The position numbers were made by a program, and so were the translations under genes. Under the pieces are notes generated by a model, which had not been told where the DNA came from, made no database searches, and saw nothing but the letters and a program-made list of their open reading frames with translations. From NCBI RefSeq assembly GCF_963921235.1, contig NC_086097.1, positions 42,162,001-42,226,000 of the forward strand: a stretch of 64,000 nt of DNA. Direction: 5' to 3'. Below, piece after piece: positions 37,828 through 52,271 of the stretch. The stretch comes from Mobula hypostoma (taxonomy: Eukaryota). Numbering within the stretch: position 1 is the first letter of the stretch; each line of letters starts with the position of its first letter.

Positions 37828-38730
37828 CATAGAGCACCACAGCACAGAATCACCCACTTCTGCCCATCCAATCCATGCTGAATAGTTATTCTGTCTAGTC
37901 TCATCGACCCACACCTGTACCATAGCCCTTCATACCCACCCCCCATCCGTGTACTTATCCAAACGTCTCTTAAGTGTTGCAATTGAACCCGCATCCACCA
38001 CTTGCACTGGAAGCTTGTTCCACATCTCATGACCCTCTGAGTGAAGAAGTCCCCCCTCATGTTCTTCTTAAGTATTTCCTCTTTCATCCTTAACCTGTGA
38101 CCTCTAGTTCTAGTCTCACGCAGCCTCAGTGGAAAAAGCCTGCTAGCATTTACCCTAGTTATACCCCTCACAATTTTGTACACTTCTGTCAAATCTCCCC
38201 TCACACTCCAGGGAATAAAGTACTAGCCTATGCAACCTTTCTCTGTAACTCAAGTTCTTAAGTCCCAGCAATAACTTTGTTAATTTTCTCTGTACTCTTT
38301 CAATTTTATTGATAGCTTTCCTGTAAGTGCTGTAGGTGACCAGAAATGCATAAGTACTTCAAATTTAGCCTCGCCAATGTCTTATACAACTTCAACATAA
38401 CATCCCAAATCCTGTATTATGATATCTGTATCGGATTTATGAAAGCCAATGAGAAAAAAACTCTTTTTATGACCCTATTTACATGTGATGCCACTTTCAA
38501 GGAATTATGGATCTGTTTTCCCAGATCCATTTGTTCCCTCATACTGTCAGTGCTCTACTGTTCACCATGTAAATCCTACCCTGATTTGTCCTCGCAAAGT
38601 TCAACAGATTACTCTTGCCTGCATTAAATACCACCTGCCATTTTTCCAGTTGGTCCAGATTCTACTGCAAGCTTTGATAGCCTTTCTCACTGTCCACTAT
38701 GTTCCCAATGTTGATGCCATCTGCATACTG
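37828..38730 (-). mobile_element. CR1 LINE 3' portion
   Basis: RGDLTEVYKIVRG..TRTRGHRL..FFTQRV. Confidence 0.85.
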
Positions 38731-39186
38731 ACGTTCTGTGAGCTCTGAGGCCCTTGATATACTTAATTCAATTCCACAGACTCCAGCACAGATGGTGCTT
38801 CATTCTGTAAATGTGGGAGGTTCTTCTTTCCTCCTGCAGCGACTATTTGGCTTCTGAGTGCTTCTGTCGTAGGAACACGAAGTGTTCAGTGACACCTCAA
38901 TTGTTTCACTATTTTAAACAATCAACTGTCAGGGACTGCAACAAGTCAATGTGGATAATACATTTCCAACATGGAGCAAACTTCGTGAAAGAAAATAGAA
39001 TGCAAAGGAGAAGCAGAAGAGGAGTAGAATACCTGATTAGGAGACTGGCATTAAGCATATAGACAATGTAACTAACTATAATCAGGAACTCAGCAGGTCA
39101 GGCAGCATTTATAGAGAGGAATAAACAGTTGATGTTTTGGGCCAAGACCCTTCATCGGGTCCTACTGAGTTCTTCCAGCATTTGAA

Positions 39187-42100
39187 AAGACCATAAGATA
39201 TAGGAGCAGAGAAAGCCCATTTGACTGTCAAGTCTGCTCTGCATTTCATCATGGTTGATCCATTTTTCCTCTCAACCCCAATCTCCTGCCTTCTCCCCAT
39301 ATCCCATCATGCCCTCTGCCGTAAATATATTTAAAGTCTTGGCCTCCACAGCCACTTGTGGTAATGAATTCCACAGATACCTCTCCGGCTAAAGGAATTC
39401 CTCATCATCTGAAAGGACACTCCTCTATTCTGAAGCTGTGTCCTCTGATCTTAGACTCTCCCACCATAGGAAACATCCTTTCCACATCCACTCTCTCAAG
39501 TCCTTTCAACATACAATACATTTCAATTAGAGCAGCCTTTATTCTTCTGTATTCTGGTGAAGACAGGCCCAGAGCTATCAAACACTCTTCATATGACAAG
39601 CTGTTCAGTCCTGCAATAATTTTTATGAAACTTCTTTGAACCCTTTCCAGTTTCAGCAAATCCTTTCTAAGGTAAAGGGCACAAAACTGCTCACAATACT
39701 CCCAGTGTGCCTCACCAATAAAGCCTCAATATTACATCCTTACTTTTATATTCCAGTCATCTCAAAATAAATTCCAGCATCACATATGCCCTCCTCACCA
39801 CTGACTCAACCTGCAAATTGACCTTTAAGGAATCCTGCACAAGGACTCCCAAGTCCCTTTGCACCATAAATGGTTGAATTTTCTCTCCATTTAGAAAATA
39901 GTCTACCCCTTTATTTCTTCCACTAAAGTGCATGACCATCCACTTCCTGACACTGTATTCCATCTGCCACTTCTTTGTTCATTCTCATAATCTGTCTAAG
40001 TCATTTGTAGCCCCTCTGCTTCCTCAAAACTACCTGCTCTTCCACCTATCTTCATATCATCTGCAAACTTTGCAACAAAGCTCTCAACTCCATCATCCAA
40101 ATCATTGACATACAATGTCATAAAGAAGTGGTCCCAGCACAGAGCCCTGTTAAACACCAATAGTCATCGGCAGCCAGCCAGAAAAGGCTCTCTTTATTCC
40201 CACTCTTTGTCTCGTGCTAATCAGCTTCATCCATGCGGGTATCTCTAATACTGTGGGGTCATAGCTTGATAAACAGCCTAATGTGTGGCACTCTCTCAAA
40301 GGCCTTCTGAAAATCCAAATACACAACATTAAACAATTCTTCTTTGTCTATCATGCTTGTTATTTCTTCAAAGAACTCCAACAGATTTGTCAGGTAATAT
40401 TCTCCCTCAAGAAAATCACGGGGACGACAGCCTATTTTATCATGTACCTCCATGCACCCTGAAACCATATCCCTAATAATCCAAGATTCCAACATCTTCC
40501 TAACCACTGAGGTCAGACTAACTGACCTATAATTTCCTTTCTTCTGCCTCTCTCTTTTCTTGAAGAGTGGAGTGACATTTGCAATTTTTCAGTCTTCCAG
40601 AACCATTCCAGAATCTAGTGATTCTTGAAATATCATTACTAATGCCTCCACAATCTCTTCAGCCTCCTTTTTCAGGACCCTGGGGTGTACTCCATCAGAT
40701 TCACATGACTTACCAACCTGTAGACCATTCAGTTTCCCAAGAACCATCTCCCTAGTAATGACAACTTCACGCATTCATGACCCCTGATACCTGGAACTTC
40801 CACCATACTGTTAGTGTCTTCCACAGTGAAGACTGATGCAAAATATTTATTCAGATCACCCACCATTTCATTGTTCCCCATTACTATCTCTCCAGCATCA
40901 TTTTCCAGCAGTCTGATATTCACTCTCACCTCTCTTTTATACTTTATGTATCTAAAAATCTTTCTAGCTTACTTTCATATTCCAGCTTTTCCTTCTTAAT
41001 GATTTTTAGCTGCCTTCTGTTGGTTTTCAAAAGCTTCCCAATGCTCTAACTTCCCACTAATCCTTGCCCTATTATATGCCCTCTTTTTGGTTTTTATGTT
41101 AGCTGTGACTTCTTTTGTTAAGCCATAGTTGCATCATCTTGCCTTTAGAATACGTTTTCCTCTTTGGGATGTATAATTCCTCTGCCTTCTGAATTGCTTT
41201 CAAAAATTCCAGCCATTGCTGCTCTGCCATCATCCCTGCTGGTCTCTCTTTCCAAACAAATTTGCCCAGATCTTCTCTCATGCCTCTGTAATTCCCTTTT
41301 CTACACTGTAATGCAGATACATCTGACTTTAGCTTCTCCCTCTCAAAGTTCTAGAAATTCCCCCTCTTGGGATCCAGCACCAACTTGATTTTCCCAATCT
41401 ACCTGTATATTGGAATCCCCCATGACTGTTGTAACGTTGCACTTTTAGCAAGCATTTTCTTTCTCCCATTGTAATTTGTAGATAACATCCTTTCTACTGT
41501 TTGAGGGTCTGTATTTAGCTCCCATCAGGTTCTTATTACCCTTGCAGTTCCTTAGCTCTACCCAGAACGATTCAATATTTTTTGACCCTATGTCACTTCT
41601 TCCTCATGATTTGATTTCACTTTTACCAATACAGTCACACCACCACCACCCCCTCAGGCTACCTGCCTGTCCTTTCAATACACTGTGTATCCTTAGATGT
41701 TAAGCTCCCAGCTATAACCTTCTTGTGATACCAACAACATCATACATATCAATCTGTTACTGTGCTACACATTCATCGATCTTATTCCATACATTGTGTG
41801 CATTCACATATAACACTTTCAATCCTGTATACACTCCTTTCAATTGTCCACCCTTTACATTGCATCTCATCCCCTTGACCGCAACTTTGTCCCATCACCA
41901 GTCCCCCCTGCCAGAAGCCCCAGCACACACTGCCTCTGTTTGTAAACCAATTACTTCATCCTCAACACTATCACTCTGGCTCCTATCCCCCCGTCAAATT
42001 AGTTTGAACCCTCCTGAACAACTCCAGCAAAACTGCCTGCAAGGATATCAGACCCTCTCGGGTTTAGGTATAACCCTGCCCTTTTGTAAAGGTTTTGCCC

Positions 42101-42560
42101 TCCCCAGAAGAGGTCGCAATGATCCATAAATCTGAATCCCTGTCCCCTGCACCAGTTCCTCAGCCAAACATTCATCTGCCAAATTATCCTATCCTTACCC
42201 TCACTGACACATGACACAGGCAAAAACTCAGAGATTACTACCCTGCAGGTTCTGTTTTTCAACTTTCTACCTAGCTCCCTAAAATCTCTCTTCACCGGTA
42301 CTCTGCACCAACTTTGCAGTTCCCTTCCTTCTCCTGACATTTGCCCAATTACCTGTCTCCTGCAACCTAAGTGTCACTACCTCCTCGTGGCTCCTATCTG
42401 TCACCTCCTCATCCTCCCATATGAGTCGAAGGTCACCAAGCTGCAACTCCAGATTCTTAATATGTTCTCTCAGGGGCTGAAGCTCGGCGTACCTGGTGCA
42501 GACGTGATTATCCCCAAGACTGGGGGTCTGGCACAATCACAAGAACAGCTGCTCTGCTTA
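39187..42560 (-). mobile_element. Near full-length decayed CR1 LINE (ORF1 coiled-coil/esterase plus ORF2)
   Basis: ORF1 HVCTRYAELQPLREHIKNLELQLGDLRLI and NVWLRNWCRGQGFRFMDH; ORF2 VHPRVLK, LTNLLEFFEE..YLDFQKAFERVPH; tail ccataagatatagg. Confidence 0.9.
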
Positions 42561-42799
42561 CACTTGTGTTATTTTTATTCGCCCTTCCTAATGGATCCCT
42601 CTTGTTGATCGGTCACAGCTCAACTCAGAGAAACTGCCGCAAAGCTCTGCCTTTTAAATCTCGATTGTGGACCTGACTGAAAAGGTAGCTCTACTGACAC
42701 ATGACCTCTTGACGAATGGTTGCAGCCCAACAATTTCGTGTGTGTTGAGTTGGATTCCCAGCATGTGCAGAATGTCTTGTGTTTATAACTATAATTAGA

Positions 42800-43200
42800 G
42801 CCTTGATAATGACAATGGGACAGGATGCTAACTTTGGTTCACTCACCCAATGGGGCAGGGAGATTTTGTGGAAAGTGCATTTGTGGTGTCTCTCCAGCGC
42901 TTTGAGGTGCATGCCGTAAGTAGTCCATGTCTCCAAGGCATAGATCACTGTAGCCTTGTAAACCATGCACCATCTTTGAGGACTCGGTCTTTGCACATTC
43001 ATGTTCCTTAGATGCTCGCCCGCTGTGGTTGATGGTGAGTTTCTCTTTGTTGTGAGGCAGCTTCAAGATATGTCATGTGGTTTGCATTCTCCAGGGTCTC
43101 CAGGGTCTCATCATGGGTCCTTATTCTAGGAGAATGCCGTTGTGCATCGGGGACAGGTTGGTAAAGGTTGATCGGGTGTAAGGTCCCAGTAGTATGAATG
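42800..43200 (-). mobile_element. RTE (BovB-like) LINE remnant
   Basis: MVYKATVIYALETWTTYGMHLKALERHHKC. Confidence 0.65.
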
Positions 43201-45001
43201 AATCAGCAGGAACATACAAATCAGTCTCCAAGCGTGTACTTAAAAAAAAGTGTACTGTAGAGAGTCCATTGAACACACCATGACATCCAATGAGTTGAAG
43301 GGGAGATCAAATGTATGCCTGAGCTCACAGCAAAGAGTAGACTGCATAACAAATAGAGGGAGTTAGAAAATAAGGAGTGGAGGAAGTACAACTAATGGCT
43401 GAAGTTGATCAGATTTTCCAAAAAAAATGCAGAGTTGATTCACTAGAATTGTTAAGAGTCGAATGCAATTATGTGAATAAAAGCCATATTGGTTATTTAC
43501 AGCAATGAGGTCAGCAAGTCTGATTGACAGTGAAATCACCTAATTTTATTATAGTTTTTTATTTATTAAGTGAGACAGCACTTTAACCAGCCCAATGAGG
43601 CCGCACCACCCAAATACACCCATGATAATATACGCAGGAGTTATTTTTATGCATCATTTGCATTGTCCAGACATTGTATAAATTATAGGCTTAATCCTTT
43701 GAGACTGGTCTTCCTTACAATGATTGTACTAACATTTGATCAAGGTATAACTTCAACAGTATCTTGTTATCAGTCAAAATGTTATTGCGGATATTAACTA
43801 TCCAGATTGCAGTGAATGTTGCTGATTTATAGAAGGCACAACCAGGCTTTGCAAACTAGTTCTGTTTAATAGCATACCATACATCATGCATGCCATTCAG
43901 AAAGGCAAAGGATGCAATCTTGTGCCATTTGACAATCAATCTCAGTATTTTGATAACATTGATATAGTTTAGCCTTTTAATGACAGCAAAGGGATCATTT
44001 TGTTGTAAAGGGTAACGTTCCTAAGTATCATTAAATTAAAGATTGTTGGAGTCAAACTAATTGAATTGCTTGCCTATTTGATAAGATGGCTGCAAACAGG
44101 AAGAAAGCTAGGTCAGGAGACATTGCTGCCTATTGCCTAAGATTGATTAGCAGTAGCAATCTGCAATGTGCAGTGTAGTGTGAAACACCAGCTATAACTG
44201 ATGTCAGGATCACATAGTCATCTATTCATTCAATGCCACGAAAAGATTTAATTTGAGGATAAATCTTGCATTAATATTTTACTGCACATTTCGCAACCAG
44301 TACAAAATAAAAAGGACAATGTTGATCTACAGTAAAATTGATTTTATGGTGAATAAATTAATCATGAGGCCAACTTTTCTGGGGACTGAAACACACTGGG
44401 AAAAGTCCTAGAGTTCCTGTTCTTGTAGGTTGACCCTCCACTGTCGGCTATTTCCATTAAATTTGATCTTTACTACTGTGCACTGACACCTATTTGTCAC
44501 GGTTCCAGTTCCCTAATGCAGACTCAACTGTTACTGTGTGATGATACCTTTGGATACAATTTAAACTTCTATTCTCTTTTATTTCCATTTTAGGACCACC
44601 TGTGTTTATCCACATCAGGCCTCAATCAATACACTTCTGCCCTGAGTCAGTAGGTTGTGAGCTCAAGTCCTTCTCCCAGGGATTGAGCACATATTCTTGA
44701 GTTAAAGGTGCTTATCCTTGTTCGCATTACCTCCATGGTTTTCCTCCTTGCCTTCTATGTCACTTTCTCCTGAGCAGGCAACTTTTGATCACTCCATTAC
44801 CGGTAATCATCCTTCAGTTATCAATACCCGAGTTTCTACAATTCTCTTCCTGAACTTGCTACCTCCCTCTACTTCACAACAGTTCTTAAAATGTAGTCCT
44901 GTGTTGTCTTCTATAACATTACTTTCCAAGGCTCAGTGAGATATTCATTATTAAGACCCATCTAAAGTGCTTTGGGATGTTTGCACCATGATAAAAATGT
45001 T

Positions 45002-45839
45002 AAATTAAGAACCTGGTGGCATGGTGTGAAGACAATAACCTATCCCTCAACATCAGCAAAACGAAGGAATTGGTTGTTGACTTCAGAAGGAGTAGCGGAC
45101 TGCACAACCCCATTTACATCAGTGGTGTGCAAGTGGAACAGGTCAAAAGCTTTAAGTTCCTCAGGGTCAATATCACAAATGACCTGACTTGGTCCAACCG
45201 AGCAGAGTTCATGGCCAAGAAGGCCCACCAGTGCCTTTACTTCCTGAGAAAACTAAAGAAATTTGGCCTGTCCCCTAAAACCCTCACTAATTTTTATAGA
45301 TGCACTGTAGAAAGCATTCTTCTAGGGTGCATCACAACCTGGTATGGAAGTTGTCCTGTCCAAGACCGGAAGAAGCTGCAGAAGATTGTGAACACGGCGA
45401 AGCACATCACACAAACTAATCTTCCATCCTTGGACTCACTTTACACCGCACGCTGTCGGAGCAGTGCTGCCAGGATAACCAAGGACACGACTCACCCAGC
45501 CAACACACTTTTCATCCCTCTTCCCTCCGGGAGAAGGGTCAGGAGCTTGAAGACTCGTACAGCCAGATTTGGGAACAGCTTCTTTCCAACTGCAATAAGA
45601 CTGCTGAACGGATCCTGACCCAGATCTGGGCCGTACCCTCCAAATATCCGGACCTGCCTCTCGGTTTTTTTGCACTACCTTACTTTCCCTTTTCTATTTT
45701 CTGTTTTGATTTATAATTTAAATTTTTAATATTTACTATCGATTTGTACTCCAGGGAGCGTGAAGCACAGAATCAAATATCGCTGTGATGATTGTACGTT
45801 CTAGTATCAATTGTTTGGCGACAATAAAGTATAAAGTAT
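45002..45839 (+). mobile_element. Rex1/Babar LINE, 5'-truncated, (aaagtat)n subfamily
   Basis: Open 200-aa ORF 45016-45618; closely similar to 12508-13375. Confidence 0.93.
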
Positions 45840-46464
45840 TTTAATAGTTGTTCATACTGCAGTCCAGTAATATAGCATTATTAAAGGAGGTTGGTTTTGA
45901 TTAAGGAGTATCTTGCTGTGCAAAAGAGAAAAGATGTCCAGGACAGAATCTAATCATCTAGAATTAAGAAATAGTCTTCTTCCTTCTCTCACTTTCTCAA
46001 GTCTTCTTCATTCCCTCACAGTGAGGGATGACTTGCTTCCCCACTAGTTCTGTGGAAGAAGCCTGTGTCTGATTTATTTTAATTTGAGGTGTCTGCTACA
46101 CACCAGAATTGAAGAGTGAGATCTTCGTCCAAAGACAGATAGATGCAGGATGATAGAACACCAAGCAATACCACACTGTCTCAGCACACACATATAACTA
46201 GACTCACATAGTCATACTACATACACAGGCATACACCTACACACGGGCAGACACATGCACATAAACTCTAAGCACATCTAGACATAGTCTGCCCACACGT
46301 GTCAATACACGATCTGCACATTTGCTTCATCTCACCTCCCTACTCACACTATCTCCCATTGAGGCTCTCTCAGGTAACGCAGGGCATTCTTCATCTGCCT
46401 AACTAATGCTGCATAATGTCAGGGCATTGTGGTCTCCTGGTGCTCCGCAGGGAGGTTATACTTA

Positions 46465-46660
46465 TTTTTATTTGTTTGGAGATACAGCACAGTAACAGGC
46501 TCTTCCAGCCCAGTGAGCCCACACGGCTGAATTACACCCATGTGACCAATTGACCTATTAATCCGTACACCTTTGGAATGTGGGAGGGAACTGGAGCACC
46601 TGGGGAAACCCATGTGGTCACAGAGAAAACATATAGACTCCTTACGGACAGCAGCAGGAA
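46465..46660 (-). mobile_element. V-SINE (HE1-like)
   Basis: tttggaatgtgggagggaactggagcacctggggaaacccatgtggtcacag V-domain with CR1-type tail. Confidence 0.75.
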
Positions 46661-47169
46661 AATTCCAAAGCCTAAGGACATGGATATGACTCGCAGGAAC
46701 TAGGGAATTCTACAGGACTGCTATCACCATCCAGTATAAATAACGACCCCTAATTTCCAGTGTGGGGGGGTGGGGTGGTATCGTATCTGTCTTTCACACT
46801 GCCTTTCAGAAGCTCAGGAAACGGATGCCCCATGAATTTAAAATACCAAAGATAAAAACAAAGATGCAATTGCATTGCCAGGACTATTCATTAGACAGCT
46901 AAAGGAGGACAAGGGGGAAACTGATAAAATATGAAAATGGATGAATTCAACAATCCAGATATAAACCAGGATGTAACAAAATCATCTTTGGCAAAGCAGA
47001 GGTTGGAGTTTCGGAAGTCTGCTCCTGAGAACTTTCTTAATGAATGTATTTCAAGCAATAAGTATTTCAATAAGAAGGGCAGATTTATTGCATTTGTTTC
47101 TGATAAATGAGACAGTCCAAGGAACTGGTGCGTGGACTGGAGAAGCTGCATCTCTAACAGTGTTTGGGG

Positions 47170-47497
47170 CTTCTTTCATCGTGTCAGTAGCTTCCTTTCA
47201 ATTTCCACTACGGTCAGTCATGCAAGTTCCGGCTGGAGACTCAGGAATACCATCACTCTCAGATATAGAAAGATTCTTTATTGCTATGTCCATAACAATT
47301 TTTTTTTACCAGCCATGAGCTGAACCCCCAAACCTGGAAGACAGGTGGACCATTCTTAGTCTGGCCTCTAACCTTTGACCTGTTTGGCATGGTCGACCCT
47401 ACCAAGAGCCAAAGCATAAGGCCCTGACTCCAGCCAACATAGCTCTCCAGGTCATTGAGGCACACAAGCCTCCAAACCATGACAAGGTTGTGGTCCT
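47170..47497 (-). mobile_element. RTE LINE 5' UTR-derived fragment
   Basis: Minus strand ggaccacaaccttgtcatgg..ggcttgtgtgcctcaatgacc..gagctatg resembles RTE/BovB 5' ends. Confidence 0.55.
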
Positions 47498-47574
47498 TTC
47501 AGAAAAGTCTGAAGTGTGGATGATCAGTGAAGAATTTGGAATAGAGTTGCTGAGGAAAGCGAACTAGATACTCT

Positions 47575-49195
47575 TACATTAGAACATTGGGCCCAATAAA
47601 GTTTGCCAAATTCCTAATCACATAGTGTGTTAAAATAACCATTGAGTTAAGATTTGAAATTCTCTAAGGTACCACCCTGAACAACACAACTAGGTAGTTT
47701 ATTCTATGTGCCCACAACACGCTGTGTAAAAAAAAAATGCTTCCTGATGTAAGTCTGAAGTCTCCTTTCAACTAGTCTTCGCCTATAGCCCTATGTCCTC
47801 AATGAAGGATTAATTTTGGATTAGTAGCTAGCATCCATGCTACCTATCCCTTACTGTTTTTCAACATTTCTATCATGTCTCCTCTCATTCTACGTCTACT
47901 TGGGCTAAAAAGATTTAATTATTTCAATCACCTTTCTCTGAACTCTCTTCAATGCCTTCACATCCCTCACAAAATATGGAGACCAAAACTGTATACGGTA
48001 TTCAAGGTGTGGCAGCATTATCAGCCGAAGAACGATAACCTGAACACCCATTGGCTAGTAGCACCCTGCTATCTGTATTAACCCAAGCAAATGTCTAGCT
48101 GGAGACTTTCTCAGCATTTAACATAACAAAGAAGCCATTTTAATTCACAAACACAGCAATTTAAAAGATTAACATAACAAAGAAGCCATTTTAAATTTAA
48201 CATACAAAAAAAAAGATGCTGTACATATGTATATATTTAATCACTCATGTAGTTGATCTATTGTTTTTATTCTTCTTTCAACCTTGGGTATAAACATTTC
48301 CGGCACTGTGTGTATTACCTCTTTAAATCTTTCTCATTGTTCCCCAACTGACTCAACATCAAGCAGTTCCTTCCAGTTTACCTTCTGAAGTCTTTGCTGC
48401 ATCTGCACAAACTTTGCCTTTCGGAAATTCAATTTAATGGCTTTGATTTTTACTGAAAACTCTCCCAAAAAAAAAACTTCCAGACTAGCAAGATTATGAT
48501 CCCTTGTTCCTAAAGGCTCAACAACTTCTGTACTCAAAATTCTATCCTGATTGTTACGGAATATCAAATCTATACAGGCCTCTCTTCTTGTTGGTGCATT
48601 TACATACTGGATCAAAAAACAATCATTCAATAACTCAATGAATTCACTTTCCTGTAATCTATTAGTCACTGAGTTCTCCCACTCAAAAGTTGGTAAATTA
48701 AAGTCATCCATAACTATAACATCACCCTCAGAAATTGGTTTTCTATTATTCTGATAGAGTTAAATGAATTCACTTTCCCGTAATCTATTAGTCACTGGGT
48801 TCTCCCACTCAATATTTTGGAAATTAAAGTCACCCATAACTATAACATCACCCTCAGAAATTGGTTTTCTAATATTCTGATAGAGTTGTTTATTAAAATC
48901 ATTATCAACATTAGGGGTCTATAACATACACTCAATGTTATTCCTTTATCCTTATAGCCTTCAATTCTCACCCAGATATCTTCAGAGTCTTGATTCATCT
49001 CTTATCAAAAGCATCATGTTTAAATTCTCTCTTTTGTATATAGCTGCTCCTCTACCTTTACACTCTTGTCTATCTTTCCTAAGTGAAGTATATCTTTTAA
49101 CACTATATTCATCTCCAGCCTTTGAGGTCAGACAGGTTTCTGTTATTGCTATTATAGCATACTTATATGCACTTACATATAATTCCAGCTCCTGG
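47575..49195 (-). mobile_element. Old CR1-group LINE fragments (EN and 3' end)
   Basis: AIIAITETCL; DDFNLPTFEW..FLIQYVNAPTRREACIDLIF..LGTRDHN. Confidence 0.75.
48637..48887. repeat. Tandem duplication, two ~125-bp copies
   Basis: 48637-48761 repeated at 48763-48887. Confidence 0.9.
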
Positions 49196-49742
49196 GTGAA
49201 AACCATGAATCTGCAGATGCTGGAAATCTGAAAGAAAACCTGAAAATGCTGGGGGGAGAAAAGATTAAGCAGTATCTATGGAGAGGGAAACTGCTAATGG
49301 TTCAGCTCCAGGACCTTTCATTCAAATGAAATATGAGAGAAACAAGTTAGTCCCACTTGAATGTGTAATATGTTGGTAATGTTGTAAAGCCTTTGTAATG
49401 TACTTTACTGGTACATGCCCAACAAGTCAATCTTCACATGGGAAAAATAATGCAGAAAGGGGATAGCAGGCAAAAATCACCAATCTAATGCAAAAAGAAA
49501 GAAAGAGTATTATTTAAAGTCAGAGAATTCAATATTGAGTCAGACAGGAACCTACTGGTTGCCAATTTAATTCATCAACAGGTAGATGCAGGAACTTAAG
49601 ACGAGGGGTTATATGGGAGGCAGGGTTTAAGGGTCGGCACAACATTGTGGGCCGAAGGGCCTGTACTGTGCTGTACGGTTCTATGTTCTATCTATGTTCT
49701 AACTCACACATCTCTCAGTTTTTGACCTACTGTGCTGTTACT

Positions 49743-50090
49743 ATAGAGCCATAGAGTACTGCAGCAGAGTAACAGGTCTTTCTGCCCATCTAGTCCATGC
49801 TGAACTATTACCCTGCTGAGTCTCATCAACCTGCACTTGGACTGTAGCCACCCATAACCCTCCAATCAATGTACTTTTCCAGATTTCAATTAAATGTTGA
49901 AATCAACAGTGTGTCTGCCTCTTTGGCTGGCATCACATTCCACACTCTCACCACCCTCTGGTTGTAGAAGATCCCCCTCATGTTCCCCTTCAACATTACA
50001 CATTTGATCCTCAACCCATGGCCTCCAGTTCTAGTTTCACCCAACCTTAACAGAAAAAAGCCTGCTTGCATTTACCCTATCTATACCCCT
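49743..50090 (-). mobile_element. CR1 3' end
   Basis: GETRTGGHGL..FYNQRVVRVWN. Confidence 0.75.
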
Positions 50091-51077
50091 CCGAAGTTGA
50101 GGCCTAACATAAGCCGAAGAAACAACTGCCCAGCTTTCATCTGGGTGCATTGCACCCTTCAGAACTCTTGAATTTTGTGAGTGCTCTCTTTCAGCTGAGA
50201 CAAGAATCCAATAGCACTGTTCGAATAAGAGGACATTTTTCTTAATATCGTGGCCAATAATTAGCGCTCAGATAAAATAACTAACAAAATCAAATATTTC
50301 CTGAACTGTGTTAATCAACTGGCTGAGTATTCACTGGGATCCTTAACCTCTCACATCGGCAGTCTGAGGTACCCACCTGCTTCAAGCAGTCTTCACCTAA
50401 GAAGAATGTGAAACCCTGTCTCAATGACTATCATTCAGTAGCACTTACATCCATAGTGATGACGTGTTTTGAGAGGTTCATGATGAAACATATCAACTCC
50501 TGCCTGAGGAGTGTCTTGGATTTGCCCCAGTTTGGCTACTGATGCAACAGGTCCACGGCAGATGTCATCTCACTGGCTCTTCACTCAACCCTGGAACATC
50601 AGGACAGCAAAGATGCATACATCAGGATGCTCTTTATCAACTACAACTCAGCATTCAATACTATCATCCCCTCAAAGCTAATCAATAAGATTCAAGTCCT
50701 TGGTTTCAAAATCTTCTTGTGCAATTGGAACCTTGATTTCCTCACTTACAGACACCAGTCAGTTTGCATTGAAAACAGCATTTCCTCCACACTCACTATC
50801 AGCACAACTGCATAAGGCTCTATTCACTTTACACTTTGACTGTGCAGCTAAGCACAGCTGCAATGCCATTTTCAAGCTTGCCAATGACACCACTGTCAAT
50901 AGGCCAAATCAAAAGTGGTGACGAACCAGAATATAGGAGAGAGCTTGGATTTCTGACTGAATGATGCCACAACAATAACCTCTTACTCAATGTTAGCAAG
51001 ATGGCATAGATGATTATTGACCTCAGGAGCAGGAAACGGAGGGCCATGAGTCAGTCTTCAAAGGAAGATCAGAGAAG

Positions 51078-52063
51078 TCATAGTCATAGTCATAGTAATA
51101 CATTATTGATCCTGGGGGAAATTGTTTCTCATTACAGTTGCACCATAAATAATTAAATAGTAATAAAACCATAAATAGTTAAATAGTAATATGTAAATTA
51201 TGCCAGGAAGTAAGTCCAGGACCAGCCTATTGGCTTAGGGTGTCTGACCCTCTAAGGGAGGAGTTGTAAAGTTTGATGGCCACAGGCAGGAATGACTTCC
51301 TATGACGCTCTGTGTTGCATCTCGGTGGAATGAGTCTCTGGCTGAATGTACTCCTGTGCCCAACCAGGACATTACGTAGTGGATGGGAGATATTGTCCAA
51401 GATGGCATGCAACTTGGACAGCATCCTCTTTTCAGACACTACCGTCAAAGAGTCCAGTTCCAGCCCCAGAACATCACTGGCCTTACGAATGAGTTTGTTG
51501 ATTCTGTTGGTGTCTGCTACCCTCAGCCTGCTGCCCCAGCACACAACAGCAAACATGATAGCACTGGCCACCACAGACTCGTAGAACATCCTCAGTGTCG
51601 TCCGGCAGATGTTAAAGGACCTCAGTCTCCTCAGGAAATAGAGACGGCTCTGACCCTTCTTGTAGACAGCCTCAGTGTTCTTTGACCAGTCCAGTTTATT
51701 GTCAATTCATATCCCCATGTATTTGTAATCCTCCACCATGTCCACACTGAGCTCGGATGGAAACAGGGGTCACCGGTACCTTAGCTCTCCTCAGGCCTAC
51801 CACCAGCTCCTTAGTCTTTTTCACATTAAGCTGCAGATAATTCTGCTCACACCATGTGACAAAGTTTCCCACCGTAGCCCTGTACTCAGCCTTATCTCCC
51901 TTGCTGATGCATCCAACTATGGCAGAGTCATCAGAAAACTTCTGAAGATGACAAGACTCTGTGCAGTAGTTGAAGTCCGAGGTGTAAAAGGTGAAGAGAA
52001 AGGGAGACAAGACAGTCCCCTGTGGAGCCCCAGTGCTGCTGATCACTCTGTCTGACACACAGT
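51078..52063 (-). mobile_element. Rex1 LINE (fish Rex1 type), 5'-truncated
   Basis: TGAPQGTVLSPFLFT..QKFSDDSAIVG; FYESVVASAIMFAVVCWG..RKSFLPVAIKLYN; (tatgac)n tail. Confidence 0.92.
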
Positions 52064-52271
52064 GTAGGCAAATGTAGGAGAGGGTAGGCAAATTTAAATT
52101 CCTCTGTGTTATCATTTCAGAGGACCAGAAATTACGAAGAAAGCAGAGCAGTGTCTCTACTTCCTTTGAAGTTTACAAAGATTCAGCATGACACCTAAAA
52201 CTTTGACAAACTTCTAATGATGTATAGTGGAGAGTATATTGACTGGTTGCATCACAACGTCAATGCCCTTG

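Noticed and set aside
38821..39062. Strong acceptor (ttcttctttcctcctgcag) followed by an open frame
   Set aside because: No donor or homology I can recognise
45016..45618. ALKBH8-N/DUF1891-like host gene
   Set aside because: This is the Rex1/Babar ORF C-terminus, multi-copy in the window
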